A stretch of DNA of 64,000 nucleotides, taken from assembly GCA_028534125.1 (NCBI GenBank), contig CM052818.1, positions 18,230,001 to 18,294,000 of the forward strand, written 5' to 3'. The translations under genes and the position numbers were made by a program. The stretch comes from Lama glama (lineage: Eukaryota). The notes beneath the pieces are model-generated. The model worked only from the letters and a program-made list of their open reading frames with translations. It was not told where the DNA came from and made no database searches. Shown in pieces: positions 52,044-64,000 of the stretch. Numbering within the stretch: position 1 is the stretch's first letter; every line of letters begins with the position of its first letter.

Positions 52044-53859
52044 TTTTTCCTTCCTCTTAGCCAAGGCTAAGCCCCTTTCCAGTGGTCAGCATCCCCACTA
52101 GCTAGATAATCTGTGTGCTCTGCACAGTTCAGAACTGGGAAAGTCTGGTGGAGACTATGTGGATCTGCATCCCATCAGTGGTGACCCAGCTCTTTACCAC
52201 CATGTTTCAGTCTTAAGTTAGTGCAAAGATCCTGTTTAATAGGAACACTTATTTCTTAAATCAATGGGTGTTTTCAACATAGGAAATGCCAAGAGTCAAG
52301 ACACAGATTTCATTCCTAGAGTGAAATGGAATATACCCCTTGTTCAGGAAATTGGAGACACAACCCTCTGTGTTAAATGCAAGGTATCAATACCATTACA
52401 TCATTGTTGCAAATCTGTTACTTGTCACATGCAGTTACTCTAGAAATTTCCATTCATAGATTTCAGTATTTTTTAATAAAGAGCACTTGTGTTTCTCTGA
52501 CCATTGCTATGTATTTCTACCATTTTAGTATCACAGACAAATAATGTTTTGCTTCCATTATGAGTGAACTATTTATTGAGGATCTGCTCTGTGCTAGCAG
52601 TTAGTATCTAGAGAACAATAATGTGTGCTTAATATTTATTTTATGTTCTTCTGATGCAAAGCAGAGGTATTTATCTTGATTTCTGGTAAAATCTCTGGTC
52701 CATATTCAAAAGAAACAATGCTAAATAATGCTTTCTTCTTATCCTCACAGAGGAAATTAAATTTTTCAGGGGATCTTTTTCTCTATCAAAATATATGTTG
52801 CTCTTAAGAACTAGGTATAGATATTATCAGGTTATTGCCTTAAAGATTAAATAAATCATTCTTCAACAAACAACATATTTATTATCTTAGGAGTGAATTT
52901 GGATCTAGGGTTGCTTTCTGAGCACCATCTTGTTCACTTTCTCTGAAGCTATTTTAAATAGTTTTATGCATTTGTTCTTGTCTCTAACAGAGTTCAACAT
53001 TCGACATTTGCATTTTACACAGTCAGTAAAAGATAATTATTCAACGCATATGCTTTCTGATTAAATGTGTGAAAGTCCTAAATAGAAAACGGAAATTAGT
53101 TTTAAGTGCATTATGAAAGACTTAAATTTATCTTTGGTTCATGGAACAGTGATGAGCTTTTCTTGTGGTATTCTCGTGGTTTCATTCTCTGTGATCGTCA
53201 CAGTTGGGCGGAACCCATAGCCTCCAGAAGGGAGTTTATCCCTAGTTAATCCTCCTATAGCTGAGCAGAAGTCACCCCAAATTGACCTTTATGTGACAGT
53301 CGCCTTTCATTATTGCATCTTGAGCTAAATGTTGTCAATAAAAATCACAGTTAAACCAAGTTGACATTTAACCAAGGGGACCGAAAGAACTGTTTTAGAG
53401 GCATAATACGTTTGCCTTTTCATCAGATGCTGTCTGAGACCCTGGTGAGTCATTAAAGTGGAATTCCGTTTATTCATTCTGACAGAGTAAGGGCAGCCCT
53501 GAATTCTATCCAGACCAAAATCGAAAATATAGAGTCAAAAAAAATAATAATTCTGAATTAATTTAATAAGACTGGACCCTCAGAAGAATTTCTGGTAAAA
53601 CTTCTCCTTTCGCTTTCTTGAGGCATCTTTGTGTTTTCCCTAAATTCCCAGCACAGCCTCAAATGACCGCTGTCCCTGCTTTGAATTAATTTACCTGGTA
53701 CTGCTTGTTAAAGAAACATCTAAGTTCCAGATCTGTTTTGCTCTCATTCATCCCACTTGCCCTCATTAAATCCTTACCAGCCCTGGATCCCACTCTCTTC
53801 TCCCCCTCTGTGTACGTACATACATATATATATACACACATACTGAATTCATACAAAAC

Positions 53860-54060
53860 TATTGTGAGCATGGGCTCTGGGGACCAGACTTGAGTTTGAA
53901 AATCAGATCTGCTACTGCACTCTTGATCAAGTTACTAAACCACTCTCAACTCAATGCTCTCATCTATAAATGGACACAAGTACAGTTACTTACTTGGTAA
54001 GGTGGTTTTGAGGATTATGTTAGATAATGTTAAGTGAAATATTTAGCATAGAGCTTGACT
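53860..54060 (+). mobile_element. MIR SINE
   Basis: gagcatgggctctgg...caagttactaaaccactctcaactcaatgctctcatctataaatgg. Confidence 0.8.
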
Positions 54061-54099
54061 AAAATGCACTAAAAATGCACTAAAAACGACCATTGTAAT

Positions 54100-54625
54100 C
54101 ATCAGCATACACTCTGTACTGTAATTATTACATTACATATATCTCACAATAGAATTAAAATTGGTAGAGCAAGAAATGTATCTTGCTTACCATTGGTTTT
54201 CCCAGAACCTTAGATAATGTGTCTCACGTCGTAGTTAATCAATAAGTATTTTGTATATGAATAACTGTACATGGTAACTCTCTCCCCTCTCTCTCTCCCA
54301 CCCACTCCTTCCCTGCCTCCCTCCTTGCTCCATCAATCTACCTATCTATCTATGCATAGGTATGCATGTAATTTTTAAAGAAATGTTTCTCCTTTGTAGC
54401 TGTTAATTTATACATGACTGACTCTCCTTTCATCCCAAGTAACTGTCCCATGACAGTGCCTGCTTTTTTTCAAATCATTTCTCATTCCTTATTTCCCTGG
54501 CTAGAAAACAAACTTGTTAGGAAAAACACTGTCTTTTTTTTTTTTACCACTATGTCATCAGGGCCTAGAACAGTGTTAGACATATAAATAGGAACCCAAT
54601 AAATACTTGTCAAATAACAAATGGA
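54100..54625 (+). mobile_element. Two L2 3' termini (~54100-54260 and ~54530-54625)
   Basis: gtagttaatcaataagtattttgtatatgaat; gggcctagaacagtgttagacatataaataggaacccaataaatacttgt. Confidence 0.7.
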
Positions 54626-55079
54626 CATTCTCTGACTCTGACTTTTAATACCTGCTTCTGGTCCTCTACCTTGGCCTCCCCTTTCTGGCTTGACTGTCTC
54701 ACTTCCATTCGATGCCCTTCCTCTTTCTGTAAAATACACAACTCTCACTCATAGCACCATAGACCTTCTGAGCTAGAGTTCTCTCCACCCTGATCCAGCC
54801 CCAGCCCAAAACTTAACCTCCATTGACTGAAGAAGGGGGTCTCCAGGGAAATGTGCACATATCCTATGTCTTTGTGTTGTTACTCCAATGAATCATGGTA
54901 ATGTGTTAATTGAGGGTTTCCCACCCTTCCCAGATGAAAGGAACTGCTTTATGCCTCAACCATGCACTGAGGGGAGTTGGATTAGGGATAGGAGCAGCTT
55001 TGTAGAAACCTCCCCCATCATGCCAACTCCCTGACTACTCATCAGGGCAGCTTGCTGCTGACTCTGCACTGTCCTTCTA

Positions 55080-55252
55080 AAGCAGGTATTCTCCATCTTC
55101 ACTACTTATAAGAAATACCTGGAGAGCTTTAAAAATAAGGATGCCTGAAGGCAACCCCCTCAAGGGCGGGGCTCAGCCATTTACAGATGTAAACAACAAT
55201 GAATACCCAGCCTCAAGTGATTCTGATATACACCCAAGGTTGAGAATCACTG
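55080..55252. mobile_element. MER5-like hAT-Charlie MITE
   Basis: acctggagagctttaaaaat...caagtgattctgatatacacccaaggttgagaatcactg. Confidence 0.75.
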
Positions 55253-58200
55253 GGTTCTAAAAAGTCGAAGCCCATTCAGACTAGCTCTTCAAGTACCAAA
55301 AATCCCAAACACAAAGTCCTAAGGCATAAGACAAGAAGAATGGACCAGCAAGGAATCTGACCAAGTAACCTCTGCTGTGTCAGTCGTGACTTAACTGTAG
55401 CCAACTGCAATGATGTGGAATGTAGCCCAGTGTTGCTAGATCTTCTAAATCTTCCACAGAAGCCACAAACCTGCAATTTTGGATGAACTTTCATAATCTG
55501 AAGTGCTGGCAACCAATTCAAATTTCTTTAAAATGTCGTGTGGGCTGAACAAAACGTCTTGAGCTGGATTCCATTCATAGGCCAATAATTTGCCGTTTTT
55601 ACTTTATACCAACTGCTCTCCCATGTCCTAAGAAGCCCTTTCTATATTCTTCACCAAGTCTGTATTAAATTCCTAGAAAGCTAGATTCCTCTTTCATCAT
55701 TCACGTATGTTCTCGGTATTGTTTTGAACAAAACTGGTTAGTGTGGTTGGACTAATTTTAAAGGGCAAAAAATATTCTAGGATTTAGAGTCTGAGAAGCT
55801 CAAATGCCTAAAACTTAGAGCTACTGCCATTAGAAACATTATCCCTCACCTGCTAATATGCATTAATACCTGAAATAGGCAAAGCGCTGAGGAGATGAGG
55901 CCTTTGGTATACAAACCAGTGGTATGGCTCCTACTCTATGAAACCATTCCATTTACGTAGGGAGATTGGATATATACCCATGGGATTTTAGTACAGACAC
56001 AGCACAAGCCATGTGTTACTGGTGAGTTCCTGGTTAGTTTTGAGTTTTTACGCAGGAAGTAGTAGAGCATTTTCCTGGAAAGGAAGTAGAGGTAGACTGT
56101 GGAGTGGCTCAGATGGATGACAAATGAGTTAAGATCCCAGAGGTACTGGTGAGCAATTGAAGGGGCTTTGTGTGTTTTTAATCTTTGCTGGCTTTTTTCT
56201 TTTGTTTTGTCTTGCTTTTGAGTAGGAGAGCGTCAAGGCAGGCAGTGTTAGGAGGAACGGACTGGTCTTAGATGATACAGATTGGATAAGAGAGACCAGA
56301 AAAGGAAAACCTGGTAGAAGGTCACAGCCAAGGCTGCAGACTTGAGGGGATGAGAGAGGGGCAGGAAGGAAAGGGCAGGCTTAAGTGGTTTTAACCTTGA
56401 TGAGAAAGGAGGACTACTATTATTCAGTAATCCCCTGGGATGGGCTTCATTCTGTGTTGAGCACATAACATAAAGTTATTTCTTTTGCTTTAAACAGAAT
56501 ATGACTAAAATGGGAGAGCACTTGAAGAGGATCCCACTATATAACCACACTGTAAAATCCATCTTATAAGGGCCTTAGGGAGCATCTGGCCCAGCCCCCT
56601 CACTTCTGACTGGACTGGACTCTTCTCAGTCATTTGCATACCTTGTAGCAGGGCCAGAATAGAACCCAGGTTTCTCATTTCTTTACCCAAGTGATCTTTC
56701 CTTTTACCATGTTGCTTCTTCCCCCTGAGCTTACATATAAATGAGTTATAAATCATCATCGGATTCAGGAAAGAAGACAAATGTGAACAGGTGATAAAAT
56801 GAAAGTGAACAAGTGATAAAACGTGATGTAGAGAGTAATTCCATAGCCACTCAGTACAAACAATGGGGCTGGGGAGGAGTCAGGAAGAGGAGCCACCACC
56901 TTGATGTAAAGGTTGTGCAGAGGAGGAGGTAAAGTCAGCAGTGATACACAGTTAGCGGTAGAGCCTCCGTCCCTTTTATCAGCCGAGCACAGATGTTGAG
57001 ATAAGGGGACATAAATGGAAATAAAAAGGAAAGTAGATTCAAAACAGCTATTAGAAATCTCTGTTCACTGGAAGATGATAAAAGTGAAGAATCACCATTG
57101 CAGGAAGGTTGTTGAGGAGAAATCGTGGAGACTCAGGGGACAGCGAGGTGTCATCGGAGCTGGGCTTGGAGTGGTGCCTGCCTCATGAGTTTCCATCCTA
57201 CAACCACAAACTTTCTCTCCTAAAGAAAACATCATGGCCTCATGAGTTGACACAATGGCATGTGGCAGTGTCTACATGGGACAGATTATCTGGAAGTTCA
57301 ACTGAATAGAAGGTCAATGGAAACTGCACATCTGGACTAGTGGGGTTCCCCCTCCTTCAGCCAGCTGTTTTGGTATCATGAAGACAATCCCTGTGGCTGG
57401 GGCTCTGACTTGCAAATGTTTCTTCTATCTTAAACTGTGCCAAAAGGAAAAGCCAGATTACCCTCTCTGTCCTAAACTGCTCGTCGACAGCCCACGTAAT
57501 GAGAGCTAAATAACAGAGGAGGAAATAGGAGTAAGAATGCTTTTCGTGTCTTTCCATTCTTTCTCTCGTTTAAGTTCATGATACTTTTTCTCTCATGGAT
57601 AAGGCCCTACAAAGAATGACTGGTGAAGGTTTTCACCAACTCAGGAATCATAACACATTGATCAAGATGGATTCAGTAAGGTACAACCAGAAGGACTTTC
57701 TTCTTTACTATCTCTGCCAGGCAAACCAACTCCGCTGACTCATCTCCCCCCCACCAGATGAAATTCTGGGCAGATACCACAGCTGTTTCAATCTCATCAA
57801 TGTCATGAAAGTCCAGTGTCAACTATTATTAGCTCTCTACTCTTTCGCCCTATTTAAAACCTCCCTATTCCACTGCTTGGACCTACTTCAGACGCAAACC
57901 TGTAACTGGTAAGGAAGGGGGAGTTTCTTCTCTCTCCTTTACTTCACCTCCTCCCACACTTGTTTCCAGCCTTGCCTGGGTGGGGCCTGGGAGGCAGAGA
58001 GACTGGAGGGAAAGAACTGGTTCCAACAAGGATGGTGCAGTGGCCAACAGGCTTTGGGCCCCTCTGGGTGTAGCTGACATTCAAATGCTAATTCTTAAGA
58101 CCTCCATCTATTGTTCCTGGAGAGCAGTGCCTCCTCCAACTGGCCTCCAGCAGTCTATTTCATACAAGCCCTCTTTTGTGGCTGTTCATGATGTAGGCAA

Positions 58201-58283
58201 GTCCATTTCTTCAGGATAAGAGTCCAGCTCCCTTCTGCTGGGTACAGGTCTGGCTTCTGGGAAATCCACATCTTTGTGGAACT

Positions 58284-58298
58284 GTCTCTCTGTCTCTA

Positions 58299-58334
<36 letters not shown>
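58284..58334. repeat. (CT)n microsatellite
   Basis: Directly visible. Confidence 0.95.
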
Positions 58335-58337
<3 letters not shown>

Positions 58338-59629
58338 AGCTGGCCACTTCCTGCCTTTAGAGGTCAGACTTGAGTCATTCTCTGCATCTCCCAGATTTGT
58401 AGGAAATGCAGGACATCCTCTTTATTTAGTTCTCCTAATATCTCCTGCATCTGGCTTAATGTGAAGGACAGTGCCTCCTCCACACCACAGAAGAAGAATA
58501 CAAGGAACACTGACACCTCCACTGCAAGAAATTCTCTCGTGAGACTTAGCAACCCCCAGTGAATCCTTGGCATTTTCTTAACACAGCCTGAATGTGGATG
58601 AAGGGCTAATACCAGCTGAACCAATTTCTCTGTGATTTACAGAGCATCTCACATCTTGGCAGTTAAGACTTATGCCAAAATGTGGAGAAATTTTTTAAAA
58701 ACTTAAAGTTATATGAGGAAGCCACCTCTTCCTACCTTCCCACCTCTTGCTTCCTACTATTCCCTGCCCTGCTGGCTTCAGGATCCATGTGTAACGATGT
58801 GAGAATACAACAAATTAAATGCCCAAATGATTCTAACGGCAGGATAGTCATCTCCTGGGTCATGGTAAATAGCCAAAGCAAGTTATTTAAACTCTTTTTC
58901 TGGATGACTTCCTCATTTAGTTCAATCCACCTCCTTGGATAGCTTTCCTAAACACATTTCCAGAAAGTTAATCAGGGTAACAGTTTGACCTAAAGAGTGT
59001 GAAACACAAAAACTCTTGGCATTTTGAGGTCAGAAAGATGATCACTTTCTTTTTGTATCTCCTTTGCCAAGCTGTTCTCACTTTAATTTTTTAAACTCGC
59101 ATGAAAATTCAAAGAACACAGAGCCCAGTGTCATTTACACTTAGGCCATCATAAAAAGGCAGCTTCCTCAAAAAGAAGATTGGCTGCTTTCCAGGCTGCC
59201 AGAAAGCTTTTTATGGGATCTTTTAAACCATTCTCCTTTAATCCAAAAAGGGAAATTAAATTTGGCCAAGGGTGAATGGACTACCCAAGATATGAATTGC
59301 TTCTAACAGAAACAGAGTTCAAGGGAATCCTAAAGCTTTCCAATTACAGTGGGGAAAAAAAGAAAAATAAATCCCACCCACCCCATTTATCAGGGAAGAA
59401 ATATCAAGTAACTTGCAATATAGAAGAAAATTTTGTTTTCAGAGCCATTTTGATGAATTGTGCATCCTTACAGAAATCTTTCAGGCAATCGATGCCCCCT
59501 TACAGAGTGAGGTCAAGTTACCATCTGACAGGAAGGGTAAGAAGAAACTTTTTAACAGCTCTCTCTGTTTAAAAACAAACAGATAAATAAATGACGCTTG
59601 GGATACGGCCTGGTGAAAATTTCAATCTT

Positions 59630-62600
59630 GAAAAACTAATTATGAAATATTTCAAGTATGAAGCGTAGAGAATGATAATAATGAACAATCATAGACCACT
59701 CAGCTTTGTGAAATCTAAACATTTAGTCAAAATTGTTCAGATTTTTAAAAAAAAAGTTAAATATTTTAGATACAGTTGTGTTCCACTCCCTTTCTTCTTG
59801 TCACAGAGATAAACACTATGTTGGTTTTGGTGTTGTCATTCTTAGAATTTTGCTGTACACCTGAAACTAACACAACGTTTTAAATCAACTATGCTTCAAT
59901 TTAAAAATTATTTAATAATTAAAAAAAAAAAAGAAAAGACAGTTTGTTATACTCACTAAAGCAAAGACTCTGCAGGTGCAGAAGCTCCCCTGGGGTGATT
60001 AGGGCATAGGAAGTGACCCAGAGTCTAAGGGCCCTTTAAATGAGGTTGTTGGGGGTATGGAGACTTGGATTGGTTGATCTGCTTATGAAAGGCACACTCA
60101 CAGGCCAGGCATTTGCAATTTCTAGGAATTCTCTACTCCTGTGAGGAGTAGACTCTCCAGAGTCAGCAAACCCCCAAGATGTCAAAATATCAAAAATACA
60201 GAATAAAAAGGCACAATTCATACAAAACAACATGCCGTTTTACTTTGCATACTGTTAACCTTTAGGAAAATCATATAATACTGTACATTACTGTACATGT
60301 AATTCACTAACTTTTTGTTGCTCAATATTATGATTCGGGGATTTCTCCAGATTGTAGTATGCAGCTCTAGTCAGTTTGTTCCTTTTCACTGCTTCATAAT
60401 TTGGCATTGTGTCAGTATATCACAGTTTATTAATATTTATTCATTCTCTTCTTTGTGAGCATTTGTCTCCAGCATCGTACTGTTACAAATGATGTGACAG
60501 TGATTAATCTTTTACCTGTCTCCAGGTGCACATGTGGCAGGGAGACATGGAGTAACCGGATTCAAAGGCATTTGTTTCCTTGACTTCAATAAATTTTGCC
60601 AAATGGCCACTGAAAGTATTTGTAGCAAATTACTCTTCCATCAAGAGCGTAAAAAAATGTCCTATTATTTCACTATCTCACCAGCACTGTTATTGTGAGG
60701 TTTTCCTTTTAATGTTTGCCAACATGATGGTAGGTAATAGTACCTAACTGTTGTTTAAATTTGTATTTTCTTGATTACTAGTGAAGTTAAGCATCTTTTC
60801 ATATGTTTACCATCCATTTGCATTTTCTCCCTGCTTTAGGGAAATTTTAAGTTTACTATACTCAAATCCATTAGCTTTTCAATTTTGGTGCGCAGCTTCT
60901 GTGTCCCTTTTAAAGAAAGTCTTCTGAATAGATTCTTATATTTTATTTAAAAGTTTTAAAGTGTTGATTTTTCCCATTTAGATCTTTAATAAGCCTAGAA
61001 TTGAGATTTTAATATGGTAATAAGCAAAAGTGGTTTCATTTTTCCCAACAAGAATAATCAATAGTTTCAGCATTCCTTATTGATTAACCCAGTTCTTCCT
61101 CCATAGATTTTTAATGCTACTCTGTCATTTGTCATTTTCTTTTGTTTAAAGCTCTAATTCTGCACTTTTAATTCTATTCCATTCGTCAATTTTTAATCCT
61201 TGTCAATACTACAGCATTTTAATCACTATAGCTTTATAAAAATCATATTGCCAGGCATGTCACTTCTCCCAATCTTTTCCTTTTTCAAAACTGTTCTGGC
61301 AAGTCTTCAAAATTTGCTCTTCCATATGCATTTTAAACAGCTAGTCAATTTCCATATACATGTATCAAAAGAAACAATAACAGAAAAACTACTGTGTCTT
61401 AGATGGGTCTTGCATTGTTTTTGTTTTTGACGTTTCAATTAAGTATTTGATTCTCCATAAATTTCTTTTTTTTTATTGAGTTATAGTCAGTTTACAATGT
61501 TGTGTCAGTTTCTAGTGTAGAGCACAATTTTTCAGTCATATATGAATGTACATATATTCATTTTCACATTCCTTTTCACTCTAAGTCTTTTTTTATTAAT
61601 TTCTTACACTGTATAAGTCTTGTGGCCACTGATTATTGATATACTTTATAATGATATAAGAATGCAAATTATTTGTGTGCACTAATTATATAGCCAGCTA
61701 CCCTACTAGACCTTCTGATTAGTTCTACTACTGATCTCTTAGAGTTTCTTTGCTTGTGTAGACAATTGTGTTATCTACAGATAATGATAGTTTTTCATCA
61801 ATAATCTTGATACATCCTTGAATGTGAATGATACTGAGTGGAAGATGTAATAGCCAACATCCTTGCTTCATACCTAATTTTAAATGGAATGTGTCTAATA
61901 TTTCACCACTGAGTGTGACATTTATTGTAGTGGTTGATAGATTTTACCCCTTATCGGATTAAAAATATTCCTCCTCTTTCTTGTTTGTCAAAATTTATCA
62001 TGAATGGATTTGGGTTTTATCAAATGTATTTTCTATGCCTATTAATAAAATCATGTGATTTTCACTTTCAATTTTTTAATGTGGAAATTTTCTTTAATAG
62101 AATTATCTAAAATTTAGCAACGCTTGTATTCTAGGACAAACCCCAAAGATAGTATTATTTGTTTAAACTCTACTGGATACACATTGTCACTATATCATTT
62201 CAGACTTTTCTATTTACATTAATAAGTGAGATTGGTCTAAATCCTTTCATTCTTTTATTGTCCCTGTCTAGTTTTATTACTGATGTTAAACTAGTCACAT
62301 AAAATGGGTTGAAGAGCATTCCATCTTTTGCTAGTCTCTGAAATAGTCTGTAAAAGATGGAGATTTTTCCAGCACTTTAAAGGAGTAGAATTTACTTTCA
62401 AAATCACATGATGTTGACATGGCTTTTCAGTGAATAGGTTTTATTACCAACCTAATTTGTTGATGGTTATAGATCTATTCAGTTTTCTATATCTTCATGT
62501 GTCAGACTTATTAAGCATATATTTCTAGGAAAATTATCCATATTGTCTGATTTTTTAAAATCTAATGTTAAAAAATTGTTCTTAGGGCTCTCTAATTTTA

Positions 62601-64000
62601 AACATTTTTCATTTTTCTCACTCTTTTATTGGTTCTTTTTTTCTTGGTTGATATGGGCAGATTTCTTTTTATTCTATTAATCTCTCCAGAGTTTACTTTT
62701 GATTTTATTAATCCTCTCTAATGTTATCTTTAAGTATTCCTATTCTTATCTTTATTATTTTCTCCCCATTCACTCTAGGTTTCGTCTCTCAAGTCAAACT
62801 TAAATTCTGCAATGTGTTTTAAGGTTAGTCTGTTAGACTTTCATTTGCTTTATTTCTAAAATAAAAAATTTAAACTTAAACTCAATATATCAAGTTGTAA
62901 TGTCTAGCTGAGTGTTTATCTTCTCAAAACATGTCTATCAGCCCCTCATTTGATCAATATTTTAAATTAAACTGCTTTTGAGTTTGCATTTTAAGTTCTA
63001 GCCAGAAATAGAATAAATATTTATAGTTATTTATAAATAACTTTATTTCCATAACTGTAGTTCTTTCATTAGTTTCCTGTGTTAGCTCATTAATTTTCCA
63101 TCTTTTTGGTCTCCTTTTCTGGTATAATAATTTAAAGCTATACATTTCTCTGTAAGTAGTAGTTTAGCTGTATCCCATAAGTTTCATATATTATATTCTC
63201 ATTATGGTTCAATTCCAAATAATTTCCAATTATTATTGTTATTTCTCATTTGGCCTATGTATGATTTAAAAGAAAATTTCATTCATTTGATTTGGCTTGG
63301 TTTGGTTTTGGCTTTCCAAATGTGTGTGTACATGTATTGTCAGGGGGTCATCTCTTATTTCTAATTTCTAAGTAACGGCAATGCATAATTATCAAAGAAA
63401 ATGATTTGTTTGATACCAATTTGCTTTACCTAGTGATCCACTTTTTGGTCAGTATTTATTTTAGTGTTCCTTATGAAACAGGTGAGCTTTCCCACCATTA
63501 TGAAAATCCCACCTATTCAATGAGAAACACTGATTTCTTTGTTCACTATTCCTTCTTGTTTTTTGTGCCTTCCTACTGAATTAAATGATCTTATTTCCTA
63601 AGGGGATTCTTCTGCTAAAACTCTGTTCATGGCTAATTAAATTTGTCTAAAAGTGTTTTTATTTTTATCCTCACATTTCAATGATTATTTCTGGGCATAG
63701 GATTCCAAACTGGCAGTTATTTTCTCTAATAATTTTGAAGTTATTTTGACGAAGTTTTCTAATTATTCCTTTCTTTGAAGATAATATGTATTTTTCTCTC
63801 TGTTTGCATTTAAAATATTTTCTCTTTCGGCGCTACAGTTTAAATTCACAGGTATCTGGCAGTAGATTTGTTTCACTGAGACTTGCTGAGATTTCTGAAT
63901 CTAAGGATTTATGTCTTTGATAAATTGTGGAAATTCTCCAAATGTTATTTCATTGAAAATGTCCTGTCCTCCATTTTCTGTTTCTTTCTAGAATGCATAT
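59630..64000 (-). mobile_element. Old antisense L1 (L1ME-like) interrupted by MER74 and short young L1 tails (~59845-59935 +, ~61462-61585 -)
   Basis: T-rich L1 text such as ttgattactagtgaagttaagcatcttttcatatg, catccttgcttcatacctaattttaaatggaatg, agctgtatcccataagtttc. Confidence 0.85.
59990..60228 (-). mobile_element. MER74-like ERVL LTR, 5' part
   Basis: Minus strand tgttttgtatgaattgtgcc...ttttgacatcttgggggtttgctgactctggagag...aattcctagaaat...caaccaatccaag...catacccccaacaacctc resembles MER74. Confidence 0.8.

Overview
This is eutherian mammalian genomic DNA, most likely camelid. Three copies of a tRNA-Ala(AGC)-derived SINE resemble the camelid Vic-1 family, and the young L1 3' ends look cetartiodactyl-type. 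The window appears intronic or intergenic, and I cannot recognise any cellular protein-coding exon. Nearly all supplied ORFs are short chance ORFs or decayed L1 ORF1/ORF2 fragments. About half the window is interspersed repeat: nested L1 blocks (~12.0-16.9, 44.6-52.0 and 59.6-64 kb), the 3' part of a minus-strand non-autonomous ERV1 provirus (~40.85-44.6 kb), MaLR/ERVL LTRs, many MIR and L2 relics, MER DNA transposons and microsatellites. There is one 100-N assembly gap. The most unusual object is a ~0.7 kb composite at 22.4-23.1 kb (antisense L1 3' end joined head-to-head to a SINE plus a MER21 fragment), bounded by a candidate TSD. It looks like one chimeric or transducing retrotransposition event. 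Unique DNA also holds several unproven candidates: an 18-nt microexon, a TATA/AP-1 promoter with a short first exon, and AP-1/MARE motif clusters. I found no evidence for a new multi-gene system. Repeat family names are from recalled consensus sequences and most boundaries are approximate.
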